Below, piece after piece: positions 31,150-40,763 of a stretch of 64,000 bases of DNA. Origin of the DNA: a virus (Duplodnaviria > Caudoviricetes); IMG/VR virus record IMGVR_UViG_2721755486_000001, positions 64,001-128,000 of that record; one strand, 5' to 3'. The stretch's first letter is position 1, and every line of letters begins with the position of its first letter. The notes beneath the pieces are model-generated. The model saw only the letters and a list, made by a program, of their open reading frames with translations, searched no databases and was not told the origin of the DNA. The translations under genes and the position numbers were made by a program.

Positions 31150-31461
31150 ATGGCCTACAAAAGCACCAACCCTTACCTCGAGGCGCGCTGCACGTTCGTC
31201 CTCGCCAAACTTGCGCTGATCGGCGCCCCCGACGAGGAAGACACCACGTACGAGGCGATGATCGAGGCCCAGTGCCTTGGGCACCGCGACGCCGAGGTGT
31301 CTGCGGATACGGGCGAGACGATCGACTGCTCGCTGTTTTTCGCCGACGTCCCCGAACTCCAACGGGAATGGATGTTCGGCTGGAATCAATACTTCGAGAT
31401 GCGTGAGATGGAGGAGTGCGGTTCGTGCAACAGCGGCAACCCGTGCCCCATCCACGGGTGA
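31150..31461 (+). CDS. Hypothetical acidic protein with C-terminal CxxC-x5-CxxH
   Basis: ECGSCNSGNPCPIHG; GGAG RBS. Confidence 0.6.
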   Translation: MAYKSTNPYLEARCTFVLAKLALIGAPDEEDTTYEAMIEAQCLGHRDAEVSADTGETIDCSLFFADVPELQREWMFGWNQYFEMREMEECGSCNSGNPCPIHG

Positions 31462-31508
31462 GCGGCACCCACAGCAAAACGAAGCGGCCCGTTGGGCCGC
31501 TTGTCGCT

Positions 31509-31859
31509 TCAGGTGGGCTCGACGACATGGACGGCGATCACGCCGGGGCCGTCAGGGTCGTGGTTTTGCACGTGGACGTCACCGTGTTCATCGTGGTGGT
31601 GGGAAAGCAGCTCGGCGAGCCGGAGGGCGTTGTCCACCACCTCGGCATGGTCCTTTCCCACGCCGGCACGCACGAGCTTGTCCAGGAGCACGGCGTCGAT
31701 CGGCATCATCGACTTCAGCACCATGACGTAGCCGCCCGATGGGTTCGGCTCGGCGACACGTCGCTGGACGGGGTCGTTCCCGATCGCGGCGATTCGACGG
31801 TTGCGCTCATCCATACGACGATGCAACTCGTCGACGGTGAGCTTCGGAGGATGCGGCAT
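31509..31859 (-). CDS. Hypothetical protein
   Basis: GAGGAG RBS; follows 31871..32101. Confidence 0.55.
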   Translation of the reverse strand: MPHPPKLTVDELHRRMDERNRRIAAIGNDPVQRRVAEPNPSGGYVMVLKSMMPIDAVLLDKLVRAGVGKDHAEVVDNALRLAELLSHHHDEHGDVHVQNHDPDGPGVIAVHVVEPT

Positions 31860-31870
31860 GGGGTCTCTCC

Positions 31871-32101
31871 TCAGTGGCGCGTGGCGTCGCCGATCAGCGG
31901 GTTCGCCAGGGCGTCGCGCACGGCCTGGTCCGCTTTGGCCTTGTTGGCCTCGGCCGCAGCCACGGCGGAGGCGCGACGGACGGTCTCCGCTTCGAACGCC
32001 GCACGGTCCGCGCGCTTGTCGTGCACGCGCTTCAGGAACACGCCGAACGCGACGAACAGCACGAACAGGACAGCGATAACGATTCCGACGGTTGCCAGCA
32101 T
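31871..32101 (-). CDS. Small single-pass membrane protein
   Basis: N-terminal TM; own promoter and leader hairpin. Confidence 0.6.
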   Translation of the reverse strand: MLATVGIVIAVLFVLFVAFGVFLKRVHDKRADRAAFEAETVRRASAVAAAEANKAKADQAVRDALANPLIGDATRH

Positions 32102-32242
32102 GGGGTTTTCTCCTCCGATGGGTGGCCCCAGGCTGGGGCCGTCACCCTGTACTTAGCGGGTCCAGGCCGCGTGTCAACAGGTCGAGCGGGACCAACGAAA
32201 AGCGGCCCGGGTGGGCCGCTGCGCGATCGTGCGATGGGTGGT

Positions 32243-32557
32243 TCAGAACGGCATCGTGATCCGAGCCTGCACCCCCATGTGCCCGTGCACGCCCTCGTTC
32301 GTGACGTTCCGGGCGGCGAACGGGCCAAAGCCGAACTCGAGTTCGCCGGTGTGCGGAACGATTCGAGCATGATGGACAGGGCCAGCCTGCGGCGCGTTCG
32401 ACCGGGCCAGGGCGGCCAGCATCGCGGCCTCGCGTCGCTGGCGCTCCCGGCGTTGCTTCGCGACGGTGAAGACGGTGAGCAGGACGAACAGCGCCGCCGC
32501 GACGAAGGGCAGCAGAACGTTGAGAAGGTGGTCGAGGTCGGTCAAGAAGTTGAGCAT
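32243..32557 (-). CDS. Small single-pass membrane protein
   Basis: TM LLPFVAAALFVLLTVFTVA; GGAGG RBS; promoter at about 32645-32672. Confidence 0.55.
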   Translation of the reverse strand: MLNFLTDLDHLLNVLLPFVAAALFVLLTVFTVAKQRRERQRREAAMLAALARSNAPQAGPVHHARIVPHTGELEFGFGPFAARNVTNEGVHGHMGVQARITMPF

Positions 32558-33038
32558 GGGTTCCTCCAGTGCGTGAGCCCGGGGCGGTGCGGCGGTCGGG
32601 CAGGTCCGGCAAGGTCGGTGAGGATCCACCGAGCACCACCTCCAGACCTAGCAGCTTGTACGGTCTTGGCAAGTCCCCTTACGGGCAAAACCGGCACCGG
32701 AGGCCACGTCAAAAGCGGCCGGAGGCCTGGGCGGGGAGAACCCGCTGCGCGCCATGGGCCTGGGCCATCCTCCGCGGCCCGCACCCCGGGCGTCAGCACC
32801 GCCTTTCCCGCCTGAATCATCCGGTTCCCCTCCCGCGTACCCGTCCGACCGTAACCTGTGCCAGGGCACGACTAAACGCTATAGGGTCGGGCCATCCGAT
32901 GAAGAAATACGATCGGGGCAACCGACCGACAGGGTCCGGTTTATGACGGATGCGTTTTACACGGACCCCCTATAGCGCTAGGTTGAAGGCATAGGGTACG
33001 CGCGAACGCAAAGCCCATTCCCCCACGGAGACCCCACC

Positions 33039-33488
33039 ATGCCGACCACCCCGCAAGCCCTGCTCGAGATCCTCACCAGCGCCAAACTCGCCTGGGCCCG
33101 GTCGATCGACGAGCGCGACCACGGCTTCGACGACGGGGGCGTGTTCGCCCTGAACGCCACGCGCCTCAGCGTCGAGACCAGCATCACCATCGCCGGCAAG
33201 ACCTACGGCGTAACCTACGAGACGAACGACCACGGCCGCGTGTCCCGCGCACCGGCGGACGAAAGCGGCCTGGCCTGGGTCCTGTTCCAGCTCACCCTCA
33301 TGTTCGGCGAGCGCTTCCAGTTCGAAGGCGACAGCCACCAGGAAGACCAGCTCGAGCACCACTACCTGTGCGGCTCCGGCCGCACCAGCCCGGTGGGCCG
33401 GTTCGCAGCGCAGATCCTCGAACAGCTCGAACGCATCGCCGAACGCGCGGCCCAGGCTTTCGCGCAACCCGTCCTCGAAGCGGCCTGA
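33039..33488 (+). CDS. Hypothetical protein
   Basis: Leader nearly identical to that of the gene at 19898; GGAG RBS. Confidence 0.65.
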   Translation: MPTTPQALLEILTSAKLAWARSIDERDHGFDDGGVFALNATRLSVETSITIAGKTYGVTYETNDHGRVSRAPADESGLAWVLFQLTLMFGERFQFEGDSHQEDQLEHHYLCGSGRTSPVGRFAAQILEQLERIAERAAQAFAQPVLEAA

Positions 33489-33492
33489 CCCG

Positions 33493-33660
33493 ATGACCAC
33501 CGCCGCCGAACTCCTCGCCAACGACGTCCTGAAGCAAGGCTTCGCCAGCGTCCTGGCGGGGTACGACGCGTACCGCGCGGAGCAGATCCGCGCAGAGGGC
33601 GAGGCCCTGGCCGCCTTGGTGCAGCACGAGGACGAGCGGCGGTCACGCAAGCGCCTGTAA
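33493..33660 (+). CDS. 55-aa protein ending RSRKRL (below the ORF-track cutoff)
   Basis: Manual translation MTTAAELLANDVLKQGFASVLAGYDAYRAEQIRAEGEALAALVQHEDERRSRKRL. Confidence 0.55.
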   Translation: MTTAAELLANDVLKQGFASVLAGYDAYRAEQIRAEGEALAALVQHEDERRSRKRL

Positions 33661-33802
33661 AACGATCCACCGCTCGGGTTCATCCCGGTCAACACGTGCC
33701 ACGGCACGGCCAATAAAAACGGAATGACGGGCTTGACGGGTGTCCAAGACCCGCTAGGTTGAGGATAGAGCAGCACCACATCCGTAGGCAGAGGAGACCA
33801 GC

Positions 33803-34399
33803 ATGGAAAGCGCGAGCAGCATCTTTATTAAGTGTAGTGTGGCCTTGATTTTTGGCTCCTGCGCTGGCCTCGGCATCGTGGATGTCATGGAGGGTGTGTA
33901 TGGGCATTTTCACAGGGCGGAGCAGAGCCGCAGCGACGCGGTACAGAACGATCACGTTCTCCGGAGGACGCTGATCGCGCACGACAGCGACGGTCACAAG
34001 ACGCTGAACGAGGTTGCCCTTGGGGTGCCGCTGGACGATGCCATGCCGGCCTGCGAAGCCGACCCGGAAAAGGCGACGACCCTTTGCCACACGCCGCTGA
34101 CGCGTACCTACGAGGGGTCCAAGGAGCTGAAGGCGGACGTATATGGCTTCCCGGCGCGCAAGGACGATGACGGAAATCCGACGGTGACGAGCATGACGGT
34201 CACCACGAACCTCAGCTCCACCGTTGTCAAGGACGTTACGGCCAACATCACCCGTGTGTCGGCCTACAAGACTTTCCTGCAGACCAGTCAGGTGCTCGGC
34301 ACTCCGACCCACGTGGACGACAACTACACCAGTTGGAGCCCGGACCAGGGCCCGGTCGTTCTCTTGGACAACACGTTCATCAGCCTCTACCAGGACTGA
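33803..34399 (+). CDS. Exported or membrane-anchored protein, paralogue of 25198 and 34409
   Basis: LNEVALGVPL...PACEADPEKATTLC. Confidence 0.65.
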   Translation: MESASSIFIKCSVALIFGSCAGLGIVDVMEGVYGHFHRAEQSRSDAVQNDHVLRRTLIAHDSDGHKTLNEVALGVPLDDAMPACEADPEKATTLCHTPLTRTYEGSKELKADVYGFPARKDDDGNPTVTSMTVTTNLSSTVVKDVTANITRVSAYKTFLQTSQVLGTPTHVDDNYTSWSPDQGPVVLLDNTFISLYQD

Positions 34400-34408
34400 C
34401 CCACCACC

Positions 34409-34936
34409 ATGCGCAAGCACATCCTCACCCTCGCGCTGGCCCTAGCCGGCCTGACCGTCGGCACCGCGCACGCGGCGTCACCGCTCCACCTGCTGGCGCG
34501 CGACACGCACGGCCACCTGACGCTCAACGGGGTTCCCCTCGGCGTCCCGGTGGCGTCCTTCGCTCCCGCGTGCCAGGGCGATCCCACGGCGGCCACCCCC
34601 CCGTGCGTGCTGACGACTCCGGAGATCGACGGGTACGGCTTCGCACAGGTCTTCGGGCTCCCCGCGGTGAAGGACGGCGCGGGCCGGCCGGTGTTCAGCG
34701 GGGCCAACGTGACCACGCATAACGGCGTGGTCGACGGCGTGCACCTCGTGTTCGCCGACGATCGGTACGTCACGCTCTTCCGCACCGCCACCAACGAGAC
34801 CGTGGGCCTGGCGGACTTCACGGACCGCAACGGCGTGATGGAGTGGCACGGTGTGCTCAAGGACGCGTACATCGTCCTCGTCCCGGAGGGAGAGGGCGCG
34901 GCGTTCGGCGTGGTGCAGGAAGACCCGACGCCCTGA
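34409..34936 (+). CDS. Exported protein, paralogue of 25198 and 33803
   Basis: Signal peptide MRKHILTLALALAGLTVGTAHA; LNGVPLGVPV...PACQGDPTAATPPC. Confidence 0.7.
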   Translation: MRKHILTLALALAGLTVGTAHAASPLHLLARDTHGHLTLNGVPLGVPVASFAPACQGDPTAATPPCVLTTPEIDGYGFAQVFGLPAVKDGAGRPVFSGANVTTHNGVVDGVHLVFADDRYVTLFRTATNETVGLADFTDRNGVMEWHGVLKDAYIVLVPEGEGAAFGVVQEDPTP

Positions 34937-34963
34937 ACGGCACCCAACCACCAGGAGGAGCCC

Positions 34964-35284
34964 ATGGTGTTCGACCCGTTGCAGTTGTTTTTCGGTGGCG
35001 CGTGCGTGCTGACGCTCGTCACCCTCATTTGCCCCGTCTGCATGGTCGTGCTGGCGTCGGCGATCCTCTCGTACATGGTCGGCGCCGGCGTGGGCCTGAG
35101 CCTCGCGGTCGGACCCGGCATCGTCGTTCGCGCGCTGACCAGCGATCACACCCTGGGCTGGCCGGACAACTCGGGGCCCATCTGGTGCGTCGGGGTCCCC
35201 TTGGGCCTGGTGGTGTTCGTCACCCTCATGGCCCTGCTGTTCGGCGAGAAGGACGACACCCAGGCATCGCGTGCACACGCCTGA
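34964..35284 (+). CDS. Small membrane protein
   Basis: Hydrophobic; GGAGGAG RBS. Confidence 0.6.
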   Translation: MVFDPLQLFFGGACVLTLVTLICPVCMVVLASAILSYMVGAGVGLSLAVGPGIVVRALTSDHTLGWPDNSGPIWCVGVPLGLVVFVTLMALLFGEKDDTQASRAHA

Positions 35285-35543
35285 CCGGGTCCCGGCCTCA
35301 CGTGCGGGGCACCACCTGATGCCGGCGCTGCTGGTCCTGCTGCTCGTCATGGCGGCACCCGCCCAGGCGAAGCAGGCCCAGGCCACCCTCAACGTATCCG
35401 TGACGGTGCTCAGCTCGTGCGCCGTGTCCACGGACCAGCGGGTGGCCACCACCTGTACGGGCAGCAGCACCCCGCCCACCGTCGAGCAACGGGAGCAGGG
35501 CACCAGCCCGGGGAAGGTTCGGCTCACCGTCGTCACGTTCTGA
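35271..35543 (+). CDS. Small exported protein resembling a truncated Csu/spore-coat-U pilin (alternative start 35319)
   Basis: Signal peptide, ATLNVSVTVLSSCAVS...C, C-terminal TVVTF. Confidence 0.5.
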   Translation: MHTPDRVPASRAGHHLMPALLVLLLVMAAPAQAKQAQATLNVSVTVLSSCAVSTDQRVATTCTGSSTPPTVEQREQGTSPGKVRLTVVTF

Positions 35544-35678
35544 AGGGCCGTGCCTTGGCACGGCCCGACCGTTCGTCGTAAAGAGCACCAGGCGCACTTG
35601 ACGGCGCTATACGACCCGCTAGGTTCAACCATGAGGCAGCGCGGAGGAGCGGTGCCACCAACCCAACGAGGTACCGCC

Positions 35679-36011
35679 ATGTTCCTTTTCGATCCGTTCG
35701 CACCCGTCGGCAGCGATTTCTTGGTCTTTTGTCAGATGGTCGTGTGCTTTTTTGAGATTGTCCTGTTCTCCATGGTGATTCTGGCGACAACCGTGATAGG
35801 GGTGGGGATCTTCGCGTTAATCCTCGACGCGCTCGCCGGTGGCAATGCCGACACGAAAGACACGCCGCAGAAACGGGCTGACGGCGGCCCCGCCGCATCC
35901 ATCGCTTCCTCGACCGACGCCGCTCAGACCGGCTTGCAGTCCATCGCGCTCGATGCAGCGGTCCACCAGTTGACCGACGCGGTGACCCATTCGCAGGGCA
36001 CCCTGTTCTGA
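35679..36011 (+). CDS. Small membrane protein
   Basis: Long hydrophobic N-terminus; promoter at 35598. Confidence 0.55.
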   Translation: MFLFDPFAPVGSDFLVFCQMVVCFFEIVLFSMVILATTVIGVGIFALILDALAGGNADTKDTPQKRADGGPAASIASSTDAAQTGLQSIALDAAVHQLTDAVTHSQGTLF

Positions 36012-36066
36012 ACCGGCGCACGGCGCGAACCCGCGTCACCGTCCACCCACCACCCGGAGGCATGCC

Positions 36067-36333
36067 ATGTCCCTGATCGCTTTGTCCCACCTCATCCAGC
36101 TCGCTGTGCTCACGGGCGCCGAATCCCTTTACGTCGTGTTCGCCGCGGTGCTCGCCGGCACGGTCGGTCTGTTTGACGGCGCGGCCACGGGCCTTGCGGT
36201 CTTGCACGCGCACCTGAACGTGCTCGGCACGATCGCCCGGCACCCCTGGGTCGTGGGCCGCGTGGCGTGGGTGGTGGCGGTGCTCGTCGCGCTGGGCGGG
36301 GCCTGGCTGCACCAGAAGCGCACCGCGCACTGA
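36067..36333 (+). CDS. Small membrane protein
   Basis: Hydrophobic; GGAGG RBS. Confidence 0.55.
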   Translation: MSLIALSHLIQLAVLTGAESLYVVFAAVLAGTVGLFDGAATGLAVLHAHLNVLGTIARHPWVVGRVAWVVAVLVALGGAWLHQKRTAH

Positions 36334-36337
36334 TGCC

Positions 36338-36649
36338 GTGCTCGACCTGCTGAAACGCGTGCTGGGTGCCGCCCGCCTGGGGAAAACGGCCCCCGAGCCT
36401 GCCCAGACCAGGGTCCGTCTGTTTCCCAAGCGGTACGACCCGATCGGGACCGACGAGGACGGGTACCCGATCTATTCCCGCGAGGACATGGAGGAACTGT
36501 TCGGGGGCATCCTGGCGGAGCGGCTTGAAGCGGTACGGCTCGAAGCCGAGGAGCGGGCCCGGCGCCTGGCGCAGGAGCGCGCGGAGCTGGCCGCCGTCGT
36601 CGACACCGTGACGACCGAACTGCCGGCCGCGCGACGGCGGCGCCTTTAA
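36338..36649 (+). CDS. Hypothetical protein with Arg-rich C-terminal tail
   Basis: Ends LPAARRRRL. Confidence 0.6.
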   Translation: MLDLLKRVLGAARLGKTAPEPAQTRVRLFPKRYDPIGTDEDGYPIYSREDMEELFGGILAERLEAVRLEAEERARRLAQERAELAAVVDTVTTELPAARRRRL

Positions 36650-36674
36650 AGCGATTCACCGCACGAGGACCATC

Positions 36675-37493
36675 ATGGCCAACACCTTGGAACCCCACGA
36701 GCTTGAACGCCGACGTGCGATGGTCGAACACATCCACCCGCGATTCCGCCTCGCCAACCAGCTCCACAAAGCGGCACGGACCGGCGACGTCGAACGGGTC
36801 CGCGCGCTGCTGGCCAGCGGGGTCCCGGTCGATGCGGAGAACGCCGTCGGGCTCCCGCCGATATGGTCGGCCGTCCTAGCCTGGTCCGAGGGGCATAGCG
36901 ACAACGACGGGACCGTGCGCGTCCTCGCGGAAGCGGGGGCCGCACTGGACGTGGAATCCTCGCTGGGCTCTGACAACGTCTGCTACGGAGACCTGTTAGC
37001 GTTGGCGCTGTACGAGGCGGGCCCGCACGCGCTGGCCATTCACCGAACGCTCCTCGACGTGGGCTTCCCGGTGGACCGAAGGAACCATGTTAACGAAACG
37101 CCGTTGGACCGCGTGCTGCTCCGGCACCAGGCGTTCGTGGACACCGCCGATGTGACCCGGGGTGTGACTCGGCTGCTGCTGGACCGCGGCGCTGGGGCGA
37201 ACCAGGACCAGCAGCAATGGGCCAGCCAGCTCGCCTGGGCGGTGTGGAGCGAAGACCTCGAGGTGGTGCGGTGGCTGCTCGACGCCGGCGCGGATCCGCG
37301 GCATCCGGACGAGGACGGGCGCAGGGTGGTCGACCATGACCGGCTGTGGGGACCCAGGTACGTGCCGGTGTTGGACCTGGTATGGGAACGGCTGCATGCG
37401 CTCGACGCCCGGGACAGGGCCATGCTGCGCGCGGTTGCGGACGCTGAGCAGGCGGGACGGGAGGTGCCGACCTTCAGGCGCCGGAGGCTGTAA
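36675..37493 (+). CDS. Ankyrin-repeat protein with Arg-rich C-terminal tail
   Basis: LHKAARTGDVERVRALLASG, ETPLD, LLDAGADP; ends TFRRRRL. Confidence 0.8.
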   Translation: MANTLEPHELERRRAMVEHIHPRFRLANQLHKAARTGDVERVRALLASGVPVDAENAVGLPPIWSAVLAWSEGHSDNDGTVRVLAEAGAALDVESSLGSDNVCYGDLLALALYEAGPHALAIHRTLLDVGFPVDRRNHVNETPLDRVLLRHQAFVDTADVTRGVTRLLLDRGAGANQDQQQWASQLAWAVWSEDLEVVRWLLDAGADPRHPDEDGRRVVDHDRLWGPRYVPVLDLVWERLHALDARDRAMLRAVADAEQAGREVPTFRRRRL

Positions 37494-37804
37494 AGCTGGG
37501 GCGGGTGCCTGGCGGGAACGTCAAAAGCCCCCGGGTCGCATCCGCTCCCAGGGCACAAAACCCGGTGCTGACGCCGAAGGCCCTGGCGGGTAGCAAGGTT
37601 CCCCGCGGCCTGGGCCGAAGGCACCCAACACCGGAGGCGCTTGCGCCGGGTGGGGTGTCATGGGGTTGGCCGGACCCCACCAAGCCCGTGCCCTGGCACG
37701 GATCCCGTATCACCTCACCGTTCCACCGCCACGACTTGACGGCAGGCCAGGACCCGCTAAATCAGAACGAACGACAACACCGCAGCACTCGAGGAGAGCC
37801 AACC

Positions 37805-39400
37805 ATGAGCGTCATCGCACAACGCCTTCGCACGTCCACGTATTTCCTGAACGAACTGCCCGGCAGCGACAAAAGGATCGACATGATCCGGTTCGCGCGG
37901 AACGAGCGAACGGAGGCCGATGATTACCACGCCGGTGACGTCTACGTTGCATCGGACCGCCTGGACCCGCCATGCCCGTCGTGCGGTGCCACCATGGCAT
38001 ACCAGGAGGAGGACGTGTGGACCTGCGCCGCGTGCGCGGCGGCCCACGGTGAAGCGGTCCTGGCCGGGTCGGCGACGCTCCCGTTCCGCGGAACGGTGAA
38101 GCTGACCTTCGCCGAACGCGACCGGCTGTTCACGGTCATGGAAGAGCGGCTCAACCGCGAGGTGACACTGGCCGAGGCCAACGCGATGTGGGGCGACTGG
38201 AACGCGCGCCTGCAGGCCTTCGTCCCACCGGCTGCGCCCTTCCAGCGCAAACCGTTCGCGGTGGACCTCCCACCCGAGGCCCGGGCCCAGGTGGACCGCA
38301 TGGTGGAGGTGATCGACACCATGTACCCCAAGGGCGATGACCTCGCGGACTTCCTGGCCAACGCCTCGCCGTTGGTCCAGCAGGGGCATGATGCGATGTT
38401 CGACGCGCTGATCCGGGCCGCTGCGGCCCGGGACGGCATCAGCTCCGGCACGTACGTCACGTTCGGCATCGACGGGACCACCCGGGACGCCACGCCCCTC
38501 TGGTGGAAGCTCTTCAGGCAGGTGGCCGGGGGCGATCCGCGCCAGGCGTTCCGACAACCCAGCCGTCCCGAGACCGTGCGCTTTTACGAACTGGCGAAAC
38601 CGCTGGACGTGGCCCATGCCTGGCGCGTGCTGGACATCCTCGCCCACCACCTCCCCGGGTGCGTCACGGTCAACTCGATCCTGGCGCTTCCCAACGGCAA
38701 GCGGGGGTGGGAGAAGCAGGGCGAGGCCGCGCACCACGCCGTCTCAATGGCCTGGGCGGAGCACCGTTTCGTCCAGCAGCTCCACGCCGTCCAGGCCTAC
38801 CGTGCGCGGCACCCCCGTCGCCCGTGGCGCACGCACGAGGCGTTCAACCGGTTGTTCAACAGGACCTGGCGCTCCCAGCTCCACGTCCAACGGTTGATCG
38901 AGGCCGGCGCGAATCCAGCACAAACGCGGATCTGCACCAGCCTGCTGGGCTCGGGGCCTCTGCTGACCACCATCATCGAAAAGCCGCACCTCAGCGACAA
39001 GAAGACCGCGAAACTGGTGGCGTACCTTCTGGCTCACGGCGCGGACGTGAACGAAACGGCTTCCGGCGGCGAAACTGCGCTGACGAACGCTGCAAGCGCG
39101 GGATACCTGGCCACCGCCAACGTGCTGATTGCGGCGGGCGCCGACGTGCACCACCAGGACGACACCGCGTGGAGCGCCGGGCACTGGGCAGTCGTGCACG
39201 CTCACTTCGAACTGTTCGAACGGCTGGTTGCGGCCGGGCTCGACTCCATGCGGGTGATCGGCGACTACGCCCAGGGCCTCTATGGTCTGGAAACACCGAC
39301 CATCGAAGCGTACTACCGGGACTACGAAGCCAGGATCCTTCGAGAAGCGGCGGACGAGGCCCCGGCCGCACCGGTGCGCAGCGCACGGCGTCGCCTCTGA
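37805..39400 (+). CDS. Zn-ribbon plus C-terminal ankyrin-repeat protein with Arg-rich tail
   Basis: CPSC...CAAC; GETALTNAA, GADV repeats; ends SARRRL. Confidence 0.75.
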   Translation: MSVIAQRLRTSTYFLNELPGSDKRIDMIRFARNERTEADDYHAGDVYVASDRLDPPCPSCGATMAYQEEDVWTCAACAAAHGEAVLAGSATLPFRGTVKLTFAERDRLFTVMEERLNREVTLAEANAMWGDWNARLQAFVPPAAPFQRKPFAVDLPPEARAQVDRMVEVIDTMYPKGDDLADFLANASPLVQQGHDAMFDALIRAAAARDGISSGTYVTFGIDGTTRDATPLWWKLFRQVAGGDPRQAFRQPSRPETVRFYELAKPLDVAHAWRVLDILAHHLPGCVTVNSILALPNGKRGWEKQGEAAHHAVSMAWAEHRFVQQLHAVQAYRARHPRRPWRTHEAFNRLFNRTWRSQLHVQRLIEAGANPAQTRICTSLLGSGPLLTTIIEKPHLSDKKTAKLVAYLLAHGADVNETASGGETALTNAASAGYLATANVLIAAGADVHHQDDTAWSAGHWAVVHAHFELFERLVAAGLDSMRVIGDYAQGLYGLETPTIEAYYRDYEARILREAADEAPAAPVRSARRRL

Positions 39401-39499
39401 ACCGACGGGTCCGGCTCCCGTGTTGACCTGCGCCCAGTACCCGCTACGTTGAACCCATGCCGCGTCGGCGATCGGCGCTCACCACCAGGAGGATCTTTC

Positions 39500-39703
39500 A
39501 TGCGCTTCAAACCCCATTGCCCGTCCTGCACGGGTCCCGTCGTGTACACCCGCCGGCCCGAGTGCTGGTCCTGCGCCACCTGCGAGGTCGCGTACGGTGA
39601 GGCGGTCCAGGCGGACCGTGATCCTCCCGCGTACACCGGCACCTTCGGCCGCGCCGAATACGAGCGGCAGCGGGCCCAGGCCACGGCACAGCACAAGGCC
39701 TGA
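39500..39703 (+). CDS. Small Zn-ribbon protein similar to the N-terminal ribbon of 37805
   Basis: CPSC...WSCATCEVAYGEAV versus CPSC...WTCAACAAAHGEAV. Confidence 0.6.
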   Translation: MRFKPHCPSCTGPVVYTRRPECWSCATCEVAYGEAVQADRDPPAYTGTFGRAEYERQRAQATAQHKA

Positions 39704-40109
39704 CCAGGCCCGACACCATCCCGGCTGGGGCACGTCCGTGCCCTGGCACATCTCCAAGGCCCCACCCGAGGGGCCTTTCCTCATCTGAACCGTCCAGCGT
39801 CGCGTTGCTCCGATGCGCACGGGCAACAGCGCCCGTGTCGTGGTGCTGATGCTGTGGGAATCGTCGTGACCGTGCCGCCTGGCCCCGTCGTTCACCCCGT
39901 TGCGTGTTCCCCGGTCCGCCTCTTCTTCGACGCGTAGCTCCGCCCGTACACCGCGCAAGGGTTCGCTTCGCCAGGTCCTCACCCGGTCCCTCCCTCTGAT
40001 CGGGCATGCGGCCTCCGGTCCTGCCCCTGCACGTTGCCCTGGGCCTCGCTGACCCCGCGTCGAGGCGGCTCCAGCGAACACGGCAACAACGACGAGGAAG
40101 GGCAGAACC

Positions 40110-40298
40110 ATGAGCACGATCACCACCCGCACCACCAGCACCCCGAACAACAACGTCGCGGCGTTCCCCCGCACCCCCGAGGCTCACCAGCGAACAGCAG
40201 GGGAAGGCGACACCAAGGAGGTGGTGCTCAACGGCGCGCGAATCCTCATGCGCTTCACCGACGGGCAGTGGTGGAACGTCCGCGTGAGCAACGCCTGA
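40110..40298 (+). CDS. Small hypothetical protein
   Basis: Plausible RBS and composition. Confidence 0.45.
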   Translation: MSTITTRTTSTPNNNVAAFPRTPEAHQRTAGEGDTKEVVLNGARILMRFTDGQWWNVRVSNA

Positions 40299-40366
40299 CC
40301 CACAACCCGAACCGCAGGGCCCTGGGGCTAGGGCCTGCATCACAACCGAAACACAGGAGATCAACG

Positions 40367-40597
40367 ATGGCTTACTTTCTTCGCACGGGCGACGACTACC
40401 TCGACCAGGCCGTGAAATACAGCTCCAAGGCCGGCGCGGTCGCGGCGTTCCGCGAAACGTCCGACGAGCTGGACCGCTACGGCCAGTCGATCACGGCCTC
40501 CCTCCACATCGCGGACACCCTGGACGAGGTGGTGGAGTACCCGGACTTCGTTCTGGAGCGTGGCCCCCGCGGTGGCATCAAGGGCGAACGCGCGTAA
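40367..40597 (+). CDS. Small hypothetical protein
   Basis: AGGAG RBS; ends GPRGGIKGERA. Confidence 0.6.
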   Translation: MAYFLRTGDDYLDQAVKYSSKAGAVAAFRETSDELDRYGQSITASLHIADTLDEVVEYPDFVLERGPRGGIKGERA

Positions 40598-40763
40598 CGA
40601 TCCTAGGGACCATCTGATCAGATGCCGTGGTCTCAAGCCAGCCTCGGGGGCGTCGTCCAACCCGCGCGGGCGGCCTGGCGGAATGCTCTCGAGCTACTTT
40701 TCCAAGGCATTCTTCGGCTAACATTAACCTTTCGTTTAACCACAAAAATCAAGCGAGGACCAG

